Assembly (NCBI GenBank): GCA_026026165.1 | Contig: JAPEUD010000007.1 | Coordinates: 1 to 64,000, forward strand | Direction of reading: 5' to 3' | Length of the DNA stretch: 64,000 nucleotides | DNA from: Sarea resinae | Lineage: Eukaryota | Shown here: piece by piece, positions 11,501 through 24,042 of the stretch | Numbering within the stretch: the stretch's first letter is position 1 | Layout: each line of letters starts with the position of its first letter | Notes under the pieces: model-generated | What the model was told of the DNA's origin: nothing | The model's database searches: none | What the model saw: the letters and a program-made list of their open reading frames with translations, nothing else | Position numbers and translations under genes: made by a program

Positions 11501-12311
11501 TCGAGTAGCTCGAGGGTTCTGCATTCACATTGGAGCAGACACACTCGCTTGCACTATCGCAAGAGTTGGGTTGGCCTCCCAAGGTGCTGCACGATGCAGC
11601 TCGTGGGAACGTCGTCATGCTGCCGGCTCTGGTTCAGGTCCGAGGCCATGGATGTTCTGGTCAAGCTTCAGGAACCCCTCAGGGACCGGCGAGAGCCTCT
11701 GTGAACTAGAGTCTGGTAGTGATCACCTGTCTGCCGCCGATAATGGCCCATTGATTCTAGTAGCCCTGGAGGAGGGAGCGAAATGGAGAGAAGAGGAAGG
11801 AGGGGAAGCCACGGGAGGCCGTGGGCGGCTTGAGCGATTCAACATGTTCAATTTATTCTCGTCCGCTCGAATCCCTCGAGGCTCTCACCTCTCTCTCCTC
11901 TCCTTCCCTCTTGCTCCCTCTCTTCCCTTTTCTCATGACTGTAATGATGATTCTATGAGGCATTGAGGTTGTACGATTCTCCGACGAAGGAGCGGGTCTT
12001 TCTTTTCTTTTCCCATTCTGCCTATCTAATGATATTACCCTTTCGATTGCCTTTACCCTGACCAGGGACCGACCCGGGACCTATCCTATCCAGCGACACC
12101 TTTTAGGGACTATTCAAGGACGATTCAGGGACAGCTCAGGGACAATTCAGGGACTCTTGTTCCTCGTTTCGTTTGTCGCACGCTCGGTTCACCAGCAGGC
12201 AGGCGCGCCCCGAGGCAGCGTGAGCGAAAGGGGAAGCAGAACACGCCTACCTCTACTCGGCGTGTGTCCGCCCGCCTATGTATGTGTGAATGTTTAGCTG
12301 CAGCTCTAACG

Positions 12312-15300
12312 ATGCCAACTTTCAACCATGATCGAGACAACAACAACCACCACCACCACCACCACGACAGCCACGACCTTTCCTCCACCGCAAACACGCC
12401 ACCCAATCGTCGCCAACCCCCAAAGAACGTCTCCCATTCACAGGCGAGGGCCACTGGCATTCCATCATTACCGGCAACCACATTGTCGCCGCCTTCATCA
12501 GACCCTTGGACGACAGCAGCACTGTCTCCTCGAGATCGTGCCACCACTGCAAATACCTCGTCGTCGCGTGCAGCAGCGGCGGCAGCAGCAGCAGCAGCAG
12601 CATCAGCAACCGTAGCAGCCTTATCGCCAACAGATCGCGACCCGAAAACAAAGACCCACCAAAGCAGTGTAACCTCAATCACCACAACAACTACAACTCC
12701 GCCTGACGACAGAAAAACGCCACAACGACATCACGATTCCAACTCGCGTCCACGAAGAAATCGAAAAGACTCGACGGCGAGTACACCACCAACGCCTACA
12801 CATAATACGAACGCCTCGTTGACTCGCTCTCGGCGACGAAGTTCTACCATCTCCCCAAAGTCAACAACAGCTCCGAGGCCCTCGCTTTCGCCAGGGCAAT
12901 CTCACTTCTCGGCACAACAACCGGCTTCATCACCACCAGGACTCGACGCACGATCCCCACAACTCAAGAGGGCACCGGCTTCGTGGAGTAGTCATGGAAT
13001 AGATAATTCGGTCGGCCCACCACCTGCCTTGAGCACCCAACGCTCCTACCCTCCTCCGGAGCCTGCGAGAAGAAAACAGGACCCTCAAACTTTTGTTTAC
13101 GCGCAACAACAGCTGGCGCAAGCAGGCTTGGTTGAGCTGGGGCCATTGCCTGATGCCAATCCGCGTCGTGCTATCACCTCTGAGCAGCGCCGTCGGAGCA
13201 TCTTATCTGACAGAGGGGACACGTCTGCGGCCAGCATCAAATTACAGCGACGACTCTCGGTACGGAGTGACGGAACCATGGACAAGGAAAATATGCAGCG
13301 ATATGGAGACGAGTTGCTAGAGGACGATCGCGATCGCACTCTTCGTGCATTGGAAGGCATGCGCCATGGGAATGTGGAAACCGACTACGGCGAAGAGGTC
13401 GGTGATCCGGAGAGGCAGGCCGACCGGACAAAAACGGGCAATGAGGATCTCTTTTTGAACCTGGCCAAGCAGGGTTCAGGGAATCAAGCAACCGAAGATG
13501 CATTGAGCAGGAGTGAGAGGCGACGGGTAAGTGAGCTCTGGGATCTCGAGGTCACCGGCGGATCTTCCGAAGTGGAGAGCCTAATCGTTTTGAAATGTGT
13601 AGTCTCGAATAGCTCTCGCAAGCCATCACACGTCCCTTCCCCAAGCTTCCCAATCTTCACCAGTCATTCGCCCTTCGTCGAGTGGAGCGGCCTTTAATGA
13701 CCGGCATGGAGGCATTCCGGACGGCCAAATCGAAGGTAAGGATCCTTGGCAGCCGCGAAATCGACGAACATCACAACTCTTCCAACCCGGCCTACATCTA
13801 CGCCTCCCCGACAGAGACCGTCCTTACGCCGCTTCGGCGCACCCTCTCGACGACGAAACCCCGCCTCCTCTTCATAACGCCCATCGATCCTCTTTCTCGA
13901 CCCCGCGAAACACTGCAAGCTCCGAAGTTTCCCCCACCAACACGAAGTTCTCACAGTCACGACGACGGCCTTCGATATCATCATCCACTCATACTCCCAA
14001 CTCCGGTTACGGCTACCGACCGTCTCATCTTCAGTACTCGACTCCCAATAATTATTACTCGTCGCCTCTAGTCGACAGATCTACAGAATTGTCTCAGGTG
14101 GCGGACGGCACTGAATCTACGATATCTACTACGGCTCCTTCAACAGTGTGGGACGAGCTTGCGGAGATGAAGTCTCGCATAGAGATGTTGGAGCAAATCA
14201 AGCCATCGGGCGAGCGTCCGCGAACAGCAACTACTACGGTTACGACCATGTCCTCGTCGCCCAAACGCCTGCGTGGCAACAGTGTGTCCCCATCAGAATT
14301 GAATGTTAGCCCCAACATTCATCCTCTGCTTCATTCAGCTTTGGCCAAAACAAAGTCCCTGGTCAATGCAGAGGTTTACCGCGCATTAGAGGCTACGGCA
14401 TCTGACGCGCTTTCTTTAGCAGCCATGATGAGCGTCAACGGCCAAGGTGCCATGTCGAGTGGCGCGTCTGCTCTGAGTGGGGCGACGGTCTCTGATAGAC
14501 AAATACGACGAAAGGCGGACAGCATGTGCCGAGATTTGACGGAGCTTTGCATAGCGTTGAGTGAAGGAAAGGCGGAAGCTAATCCAGTTAATGGTACGGA
14601 GGCCGATCCTCGACCAAGAAGTGGGGATTCTCCCGCCATTCATAATCGGGTCGATGCCGAACCACAAGAATTAGGGTATCAGCACTCACGGCAAACGAGC
14701 GATCCTACCGAGCCACGTTCAGGCCCCAGCAGAGCCTTGACCCGTCTAGAAGCTCGCAAGAGCAGTCTCGTCGGCCTGAACCAGAGTGCCATCAGCAACA
14801 ACAATAGCCCCCGAGAAACAAACGCCCCAAGTACAACTCCCACGCAGTCCGCTGCTCCATCCCTGAGCAGATTCAACCGCTTCTCCTCTAGCCTTTTACG
14901 ACATCGACGCCCCGATGCTGCCGAAGACACCAACAACAAAAACAGTATCAACAGCAACAGCAGTCCCTCGTTCCGTACCCCTTCGAGAGCAGCCACAGAA
15001 GTTGGAGGCCTCGTACGAAGCGCTCCTAGGGAGCGCATCTCTCGTAATTTCACCAACCCTCGTGCCATACAGAGCAACGAACAACAACAACAGCAGCAGC
15101 AGCAGCAGCAAACCCCCACGTCTATTTCTTCAACCCCCTCATCCTCGCTTCCGCTGCGCAGAGCACAGTATGCAAGCGGCGCTTCGACCCCTACAGCGTC
15201 GCCCTCGGCAGGTCCGAAGTTTCCGGCCTCGTCTACAATTCAACCAGGAAACAGACGCTACCTGGATCGGATGTCGGCCGCCCCCTCGTCGATTGCAGAG

Positions 15301-15504
15301 AATGAAGTCGGGGGAGGCGGAGAGAGGGAGATGACAAGCCGAGACGTAGGCAGAGAGAGTAGATTGCCTTCAGCGATTGGGAGGGCGAGAGCAGGGAGTC
15401 TTGGCGCTGGCGTCGGGAACACTTCGGCAAGTAGCGGAGGGGGGTTGAGGACGAGGCTACGTGGCGTGTCCGGGATGGGCGCTGCCACGCATGCGAATGC
15501 TTGA
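12312..15504 (+). CDS. Mto2/Spa18-like non-centrosomal MTOC (gamma-tubulin recruiting) protein, largely disordered; exons 12312-13526, 13603-15504
   Basis: An intron GTAAGT(13527)...CTAAT...TAG(13602) joins ORFs 12264..13697 and 14089..15504 in frame. The blocks STVWDELAEMKSRIEMLE and RRKADSMCRDLTELCIAL resemble the coiled-coil and DALCRSLAELCLGL segments I recall from S. pombe Mto2. The start codon is uncertain. Confidence 0.65.
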
Positions 15505-15739
15505 TGTTCTGTGGGTGGATGGTGAAGTATCTGGTATGGCACGGTGTGGCATAGCTTTTGGCCATTTGATGGTTGCGAGAGAGATGAGAAAAGAGCAGGG
15601 TCGGAAAAGAAAGGCGCAAGGGGGCTTATCAGGGGAGTAAGGAAGAAGGATGGGGTGGAGGGTGACGAACCACGCGGATAAAATACGTGAATTGGAGCTT
15701 TTGGTGACGCGTGCGTTGACGGGGCGGGGCGGGGGATGG

Positions 15740-16830
15740 CTGTTTGCGCTGGTGCTGGTGCTGGTGCTGGTGCTGTTCGGGGTGGCTGGCGGCTCTCTTG
15801 GGCTGGGCATGAATTCAGGGCGTTTTCAACTTTCATTGTTTCTCTTCATATCATATCCCCCTCGGTTTCCCCTTGCCGCTTTATATATCCTGTGTACCGT
15901 ATTCTATATCATCTTCTTTTCACTCTCTCGCCCATTGTCTCCCTCTCGGTCCCCGTCTCTGTCTCCTGCCGCTGAGGATATCCGTCTCGCACTTTTCTTT
16001 GATCTCTCTATCCCTACCTCGGCCTCTCACTCTTGGTCTGTCTCTGCCTCCCTCTCCGTCTCTGTCTGTCTCTGTCTGTCTCTGTCTGTCTCTCTCTCTC
16101 TCCCTCTCTCTCCCTCTCTCTCCCTCTCTCTCTCTCTCCCTTTCACTATACTTGCTCCTTCCTCTTCCTCTTCATCTTCATCTTCCTTGTCCTCGTCTTC
16201 TCCATCTTCCTCGTCCTCGTCTTCATCCTCTTCTTTTATTGTCACCGAACGCACATCATGCCAATGTCATGTCATGTCATGTCATGTCACAGCATACCTA
16301 GCATACCTAGCATATCATAGCGCAGCGGGGTGGCACCGCAAGGCTTGGCACAGCAGTCTTGCTTTATGCATATGGGATATGGGATGTGTAGCCTGTCTTA
16401 TCTATACATACATACATACGTATATGCATCCCATACTTACATCTACTCCAGAATATGCATCAGTGCTTGCGTAGCTATACATCTATGCATCCATCTATTG
16501 AAGCATTTCGAGCGTGAGGGATCATAGGTAGTCATATATCTACATCTGCATCTCCATCTACATCTACGGGGTATATTTATCTATCTATCTATATATCTAT
16601 ACATCTGTTTAGAGTGGGTGATGGTCTGTCTGTCTGTCTGTCTGTCTGCTCTCTCTTTGAGAATTTAAGACTTGATGAATAGATTTGATGAATTGATGAT
16701 TTGATGAATAGATTAAAACCGACAATACAAAGAAAAGGGGGTATCAAGACCATGAGACCACGAGACCACCGACTACGAGACCACTGCCTGCCTGCCACTC
16801 CACCCCGGCCTGCCACTCTGCCTGACTATA
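15740..16830. repeat. Microsatellite island between convergent 3' ends: (GCTGGT)n, (CT/CTGT)n, (TCC/TCA)n, (TGTCA)n, (TACA)n, (TATC)n, (TGTC)n
   Basis: Directly visible, e.g. ctctgtctgtctctgtctgtctctctctctccctctctc at ~16060-16140 and tgtcatgtcatgtcatgtcatgtca at ~16265-16290. Confidence 0.9.
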
Positions 16831-16971
16831 GTCATACACGATAAAGTAATACAGAAATGACACACAAGAGACGAACCCCACACTTCTCCCCTTTCCTTCT
16901 CCCCCCCTTGTCAATAACGCATGCGCTAACCTCCCCTTTCTCCCCACCCCCGACACCCCCTCTCTCTCTAC

Positions 16972-19900
16972 TCAGTGATGTCGCGCACAATGACACAAGC
17001 AATCAGGCACGGGACAGGCCTTGTGCAGCGCGAACCAGTCGCGGGCATGGTGCGCGTGAAACCCATGGCTGCAGCTCATGCAGAAGACGATGAATTTCGC
17101 CATCGAGTCCACGACGGCGGTGGCAGCCGTGATATTGTTGCCGTTGGCATTGGTGGTAATTGTGTCGGTGATAGCATTAGCGGAGGTGTCACCGACTGCT
17201 GGTCCAGCTCCTGGGCCTGTAGACGCGGCCGCGGTGGTGGTGGTGGTGGTGGTGGTGACAGCAGAGGCAGACGTAGACGCGCCGGGCTTCGACGGGTCCG
17301 GAGACCCGAGCCACATCATGCAGACGCCGCACCGCGGCAGGTGGCGCCCGCATCGCGGACACGCTGTGCCGGACGACGTGCCGGGCGTGCTGTTGGTGCT
17401 GGTGCCGGTCAGGACGCCGGCGCGGTTGGTGCTCGTGCTCGTGGCTGTGGTGGTCGAGGACGTGTCGGGGGTGACGACTGCGCCACCGCCGCCGCCTCCG
17501 CCACCACCACCCGCCGTCGCCGTGCTGGTGGAGGTTGAGCTACCAACGCCACTTTGACCCCCCTGCCCTTGGCCGTGACCGCCGCCACCGCCACCGAGAG
17601 AAGAGCCTTCGTTGTCTTCGTAGGCCAGAGAGCCGTCGCAGTAGTTGCATCTCAGCGTGATCTGGCGTGGCGGGGGCTCGATCGTGAGCGAGTTGTCCCA
17701 AGCCTCGGACTTCTTCGTCGATTGCACATCGAACCTGACGCGAAGAATGTAAAGTTTCCACGAGTCGATCAGGGCGCGATAGTGCTCGCGCCAGTGCAAG
17801 AAGCGATAGTCGTTGATATAGGCCGGCGCGACAAACGACATGGCCAGCACGGCCGTCTGCACGTCGTTGAACTTGGCGATGTAGTTTTGGAAGAGATCCA
17901 TGGCCTTTTCCGTCAGCCCCGTCAGGACGATGCCTTCGATGTCGCCGTGGCGGATCGCGTCCGCCGTGAGGTCGTCGAGGAAGCGCGTCAGCTGCTTGTC
18001 GTCCAGGTATCGCAACGCCACTCCGACCCGGTCTCGCAGAGGCAGAGACGTCTCTTGGATGACGGAGCCCCAATCGGCGTCGCTGACGAGAGCCAGGATG
18101 GCCCTGGAATATGGGTCCTGTAGTGAATCGGCAATGTCCTTGCACAGATTCGTCCAGCCCTCATCGTTGACCTTCCTCATAGCTCCTCCTATGTTGTTGT
18201 ACGCCGCAATCCCCATGGCGAGTAATCGATGGCCCTCGGTAGCTGACTTTTGGGAAAGTGCAGTCACAGCGAGTTTCGGTCGGTCGTTGAATAAAGCCCA
18301 GGCGGCAGCCTTGGTGTGCTTCCCTTGCTGCACGAGCTGCTGAACCAGAGCCTTCAACTGGGTCTCCGGAAGCGCCCAGCCGCAGATCGCAAGGGCAAGT
18401 TGCCGCTGTTCCGGATTTGCGGATTTGACGCCATCGAAAGGCGGGCAGCCCAGATTCCTATTCACCCCTTTGACAGCATCCGCAAATTCAGTCTGCGAAT
18501 TCTTTTGTTGAGGAATTCTTCGAGCTGAAGAATTAGGACCTGAATTTATTAGCAGGGTGTAACGAGTTGATACATTCACGATATACGGACCGAGTGTATT
18601 ATGCCAGATGGAATAGACGCCCAGATAACTAAGATCCAAATCCCCATGGATGGCAATGCCGTCCTCAGCCATGTCATCCATTCCTGTTCGAGAGATTAGA
18701 AGAAAACGGCATATTTTCGCCGACAGCGTAACTCACGTCCTATCCATGACCACATCTCCTGCAACCAAGGATCATCGGCCAGAATCCTAATATTCTTCCC
18801 ATAGTCAAACAGATAGCCCTCCTCACATCGCCTCTGCGCGATAGTAAGCAGCGTTAGAGCATCCTGCTCAGAGAGCCTGTATCCGCGCGGGCCAAGAGAA
18901 TACAACTTCTCGTGAGCCTGGCGGCTCGAAAGTTGCTGCCCACTGCTAGAATTAGCTCTGCTCATGGATAGACCATTCAGTTCAGAGGCGATCTGTGCAG
19001 AGTCTATCTTTGCGCGGATGGACTTGACCGCCTCGGCGATAGGCTGTCGCGCCGATGGACTCGGGGAATGGACGGAGAAATCGGTTTGTTTGATTCTGAA
19101 CATGCCCTCCCTTCTCTCAGCACACTCCTTTGCTAGACTCTTGTCCGTCTCGACTTTGCCCTTGACGAGCTCCCCTCTCGACGAAAAGCAAAAGTCAGGC
19201 GGGGGCGGCATCAGCTCGAAGACCTTGACTCGGCCGTCCATGTGCAGTATCACTCCTCGATGGCCATCGATGGGCTCTCCGGTGGTCATAAAGTCAAAGG
19301 ACACGGATCGAAGGCTTCGATCCTCCCCATGGTTCTTGTCGTAGTACGGATGTCGTACGTTGCGTATGCGACGCGTGTAGAGGTCCTCGGACGGTCGATG
19401 AGCAGCGGGCGAGGCCATTGACTCATCCGGTGCACCATGGCTATGTGGGGTGTGCTGTTTGGCTGTCTCGTAGACTCGCAATTCGCCGGTGCTCGAAAGC
19501 ACGCCAACACATCCTCTTTTCGTCTTGCTGAATCTGACACTCCAGATGCTCGGCGAAGCGGCCGCGACAGAGGTGTCTATAGCGTTCTTGAATTCCAGCA
19601 CCGCGCCCGTCTGGGCTGCCTCGCCAGAAGTATTGCCCGAGGACAGCGTGGCCGCGGTGGAGGCAGGACTGAACCGTCTATCCCAGATGCAGACCGTGGT
19701 GTCGGTTTGCGAGCCCGCCGAGGCAAAGTAATTTTCGTCTAGCGGATCGATCGATAGATAGTTGACACGCCGAGTCACAAATTGGAGCGACGGGCTGCCA
19801 GGCGGTTCTAACGCCATCAGAAAGACGTCCAACCAAAGCCAATGCAGCACTCACCTTTCAAGTCAAAGATCCTGATGAATTGGCGGCCGACTCCAGCGAC

Positions 19901-20413
19901 GAGGGTATTAGGCCGATCCATAAAGAACTTGACACTAGACACAGCCTCGGAAGTACACAGCTTCCGAATGGGATCTGCCTGGACCCGAGTGCTGCCTGCA
20001 CTGGAGACGCTCGGGTTGCGCTGGTCGACATTCCAGACATTGAGACAGAAATCATTGCGGACTTTATCCAGGCCGGCAGCCAGCAGACCCTGGGTGCTGA
20101 AAGCTATGGCATTGCAATAGCGCTGGTTCTTGATCGGAAAAGAGAACGAGTCGTTGGAATTGTTGTCGATGCGCAGGACGGTGGCGGCGCCGGAGGGCAG
20201 GCCCACGGCCAGCAGGCCTTCATTGACAGGATTCCAATCGAAGGCGCGAAAGTCCGGGATCTTGGAGTGCTGCGAGAGCTGGCGGTACTGGAGATGGTCA
20301 CCCTTGGTGGACTCGGCCTCGCAGAGCTTGACCTTGTGGCCGCCGACATCGACGAGGATGAAGTGCTGCTGGGCGGCTGTGGACAGAGGAGACCAGCGGA
20401 TGGCGGCTTCCAT
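16972..20413 (-). CDS. SEA4: GATOR2/SEA complex subunit MIOS/Sea4 (N-terminal WD40, alpha-solenoid, C-terminal zinc-ribbon/RING); introns ~19854-19808, ~18737-18684, 18590-18540
   Basis: WD region (RAFDW, RYCNAIAFS, LLAAGLDKVRNDFCLNVW), solenoid (QRQLALAICGW, LRDRVGVALRYLDD, GDIEGIVLTGL, DVQTAVL) and Cys/His C-terminus (CNYC, CPRCGRHLPRCGVC, FCMSCSHGFHAHHARDWF, CPVPDCLCHC). Confidence 0.9.
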
Positions 20414-20796
20414 GGTGTTGAGAAGGGGAGAGGAGAAGAGGAGAAGAGGAATTAGAAGAAGAATTAATAGTCTCTACACTGTCGTGTCAGCCATGCGCAC
20501 AAGAAGTCGTGAACACAAGAAGATTCATATCATATCATAGCATCGATGTCCTCCGAGCGCAACAGAGACGGACAGATGCTGCGACATGTCTCCCACTCCC
20601 GCTCCACCTCCAAGTGACGACGTTCCCCATAGTCCGCCCGCCGCGCCGGGTGTGCACGGTTCCGCCCGGAGAAACGCTACTCCGTCCCTCCCCGTCCCGT
20701 TCTCGACTATCGACGGATCGACCGAATCTTCAAATTTCCATCCACAAACACCAAGATCAACATCAACCACCGCCAGCATCTACATCAAGATCAACC

Positions 20797-22105
20797 ATGG
20801 GCACCAAACGCAACTACACGCAGTTCGCCTCCTCCCCTCAGCCGGGCCCCTCGATGCCTCCGACCTCCAACATCCATCCCTCTCGACAAGCTTTCCACAC
20901 CACCACCCGGCCCAACAAGTCCAAAAAGCCCAAAACCACCCCCTTCACCGCCCCGACCCCGACAACGTCAACAGCAACACTGAAGAAGCGGATCCGATCC
21001 CTGACGCGCCTCCTCGCGCGCAGCTCGACCTCCGACCCCGCCAGCGACAAGCTCCCCGCCGACGTGCGCCGCGACACGGAGCGCGCGCTCGCAGCTTACA
21101 AGCAGGAATTGCAGGAGCTGGAAGAGGAGCGGGATCGCAGCCGGTTGATTGGCAAATATCACATGGTGCGGTTTATTGGTAAGTCCACGTCAAGCCAAAT
21201 CAATTGGTGGCCCCTTTGTATTATCATACACGCGCACACAGTAGTATGGTGAAACAAGTTCATCAATGCTATCGCCCATGCTAACAGCAGAACGTCGAGC
21301 AGAACGGCAAAAAGCCACGCGCCGGCTCAAGAAATTGCGCAAGGTGCTCTCGACCGCCCTCGCCACCACCAGCACGGACGGCTCGTCGTCGTCGTCGACC
21401 GACCCTAAGATAACCGCCCTGCAAACTGCCATCCACATCGCCTCCGTGGACCTGAATTACACGCTCTACCACCCGCTCGACCAGAAATACACGAGTCTCT
21501 ACGCGCCCAAAGCGTCGCAAGCTCAGCAGTCCGCCTCCGACGTCGAAGCAGAAGCCGAAACAGAAGCCGAGGATTCACAAGATGTAGCCCTCCTCTTAAG
21601 CACGCGCGCCGCCCTGCCGTACTGGAAGGAGGTCGAGTCCCGCATGAAAAGCGGCGGTCTAGAAGACCTCAGGAACGGGAAATCGAAGCCATCTCCCGCC
21701 CCCGACGCCGACCTCGGCGTCAAGACGACCACCAAACGGGCATCGAAGAAGGCCAAGACGCACGAACATGCTCGTCCGACGCACAACGTTCGCGCAGATT
21801 CTACCACACCTGCTCTGCTCAACAAGCCCGAGGAGGACTCCAGCACACCACCACCAGCGCAATCGCAATCGCAACCGCAACCGCAATCGCAATCGCAAAC
21901 CGCGCCCCAGCCCCTCGCGAACCGAAAAGCCAAGCGCGCGGCCGCCAAGAGGCAGGAATTCGAGTCCGCTAGAGCCAAGGACCTCGCCGCCTTTAGAAGC
22001 TTCAACGGCAAGAAGAACAAGGACGGGGGCAAGGCCACGGGTAGCGACGACAACGACAACGACAATGATGACCACGAGAGCGATGGTGGATTTTTCGAGA
22101 AATGA
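20797..22105 (+). CDS. EFG1: rRNA-processing protein Efg1; exons 20797-21178, 21303-22105
   Basis: LKKRIRSLTRLL, LPADVR..ERAL, KYHMVRF|IERQKATRRLKKL, VDLNYTLYHPLDQKYTSLY and a C-terminal SDGGFFE. The intron is GTAAGT...CTAAC...CAG. Confidence 0.88.
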
Positions 22106-22139
22106 CACCCCGGGCCCCCCCTGTCCTTTTCCCTTCCTC

Positions 22140-22858
22140 TACTCGCACCCCAACCACACACGCACACACACAAATATCGAATATCAAATATCAGAAAGCG
22201 AGCGCCATTACCACTCCCTAACTACCTCCCTATCTACCTACCCTAGTCTAATCATTTGTCTCTCATCACCATCTCAACAAATAAATAAAAAATGAATAAA
22301 AGAATAGATACCTACGACATCCAATTCCAACTTGTTTCTTCACTGTTCACCGTCCACGGGCATCTCCCGTGTCACTCTTCTTTTATTTAATCTCTCTATA
22401 CTTATCTACAACATATAGACAACAACACAGACAACAACACAGACAACAACACAGACAACAACAGACAACAACACAGACAACAACAGACAACACATCCAAT
22501 ACTTCCTACTCACACTTCCATACTCCCTACTTGAACACTACACATACACATACACGCACATACATACATACCCTACCTCGGAGAGAAAGCTCTCCCTCAC
22601 AATAATATAACACAATATAACAGAGTATAGTACAATACAGTATAGTACAGTACAATAAATATACCTTGGGTAGTACTAGCATACGTAACTGTCACAGTAT
22701 TCTCCCTACCCTCCTCACTCTCCTTACTCTTTATACTCTTTATTACCCTGATCACTATTCCTATTATGCTCTAACAAGCTACCTTATCAATAGAGTAGAG
22801 TTTAAAAAAAAAGCCTCTCTTTTCCTACTCTCTTACTCTCTTCCTTCCTCCTTCCTCC

Positions 22859-22894
<36 letters not shown>

Positions 22895-23061
22895 TTCTCT
22901 CTACTCCTCTCTCTACCCCTCTCTTTAGACAAAACCCTCTCTTTTTTCTTTTCTTTTCTTTTCTTTTTAGAGCTACCCTTTACAATTAATCTTATTCTAA
23001 AGGGCGTGCTACTATCTCTAGTAGCAGTAGCAGTAGCAGTAGCAGTAGCAGTAGCAGTAGC

Positions 23062-23105
<44 letters not shown>

Positions 23106-23250
23106 CAGTAGGCAAGCAAATACCTAGGAGAGGTAAGGCAAGGTAAAGTAAGGTATAGTGTCAATGTAGGAGTCGATTCTTTTCCTTGGCACACGTGTTG
23201 TAGAAAACAAACACGTTTGCCTGCCTGCCTGCCTGCCTGCCTGATTTACT
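22140..23250. repeat. Microsatellite island between EFG1 and PAS kinase 3' ends: (CA)n, (ACAACACAGACA)n, (CAGTA/TAGTA)n, (CT)n, (GTAGCA)n/(GTA)n, (GCCT)n; TpA-rich core ~22600-23160
   Basis: Directly visible tandem arrays, e.g. gtagcagtagca...gtagtagtagta at ~23020-23110. Confidence 0.9.
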
Positions 23251-24042
23251 ACCACGGGTGCTTGACATTCATGTCGATTTCGATTCCTTGGGATTTACAT
23301 CTTCCATTCTTTAGATTTATCTTTCGTTTCTTTTGATGTCCATTCCATTTCCAATCTTTTGGCTTGGTTGGACACCTACTCTCGGCTTTCGAGTCTCGAG
23401 TCTCGAGTCTCGAATTCTTCAGTCTTGGAAAAGAGAAAAAAAAAAGGTCTAACTCTACATGCACCGCATGCATGTATGCATGGACGGATGCATCTATACA
23501 AATGCCGAGTGCGCAATTATTCCGCAATGCGTGCCCCGATGCTCAACCATATACCCCCCCATCTCTGCCGGTCTACCATCGACCGACTCGGAGCTCGAAT
23601 CATCTATGCCATCCATCATGCATCCACCCATCACGCCGCTCATATACCTCTCGCCAGCGACCGCCCGTCTCGTCCCGCATCTCTTCTTCATCCATCATCA
23701 TCGTCACCACCAGGTGCAAAGTCAAACCCGCCAAATGCCACCGTACGCCAACCACACCAATCAGAAAGAAACAGGATATCGCAAAAAGGAATGAACGACA
23801 CACCCAAAGTAAAAAGAGACAAAAAGGGAGAAGAAGCACTACCTGATGGGCTGAGCCAATAACGAAATTCCGATGGGCAAATCCTGTGGGCCATGTAATG
23901 TTCCCACACTCACACACACACAAGAGCCTTCCTATTCATGCTTATTCATCCGTTTGTTCCATCCGTCCATTCCATGCATCTGTACACGATCACAAGAGCA
24001 CATACTGCCCTCATCCCATCCTCTTAGGAAAATCAACTATAC

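Noticed and set aside
15650..16474. 274-aa + ORF and the overlapping acidic 75-aa - ORF
   Set aside because: Entirely microsatellite-derived (LSLSLS, SSSS, EDEDE).
16975..18343. Several long antisense or alternate-frame ORFs over MIOS (likewise over EFG1, SPP1, TPD3 and the 52.4-53.3 kb gene)
   Set aside because: An expected by-product of high GC3 in the true gene.
21281..21302. Duplicated acceptor (GCAGAACG twice, 12 nt apart) in the EFG1 intron
   Set aside because: The upstream AG is only ~5 nt from the CTAAC branch site, so use is unlikely. The downstream AG restores the conserved RF.ERQKA motif.
22410..22495. CRISPR-like or telomeric interpretation of the tandem arrays
   Set aside because: The units are contiguous short repeats without unique spacers, there are no cas genes or (TTAGGG)n tract, and the context is eukaryotic.
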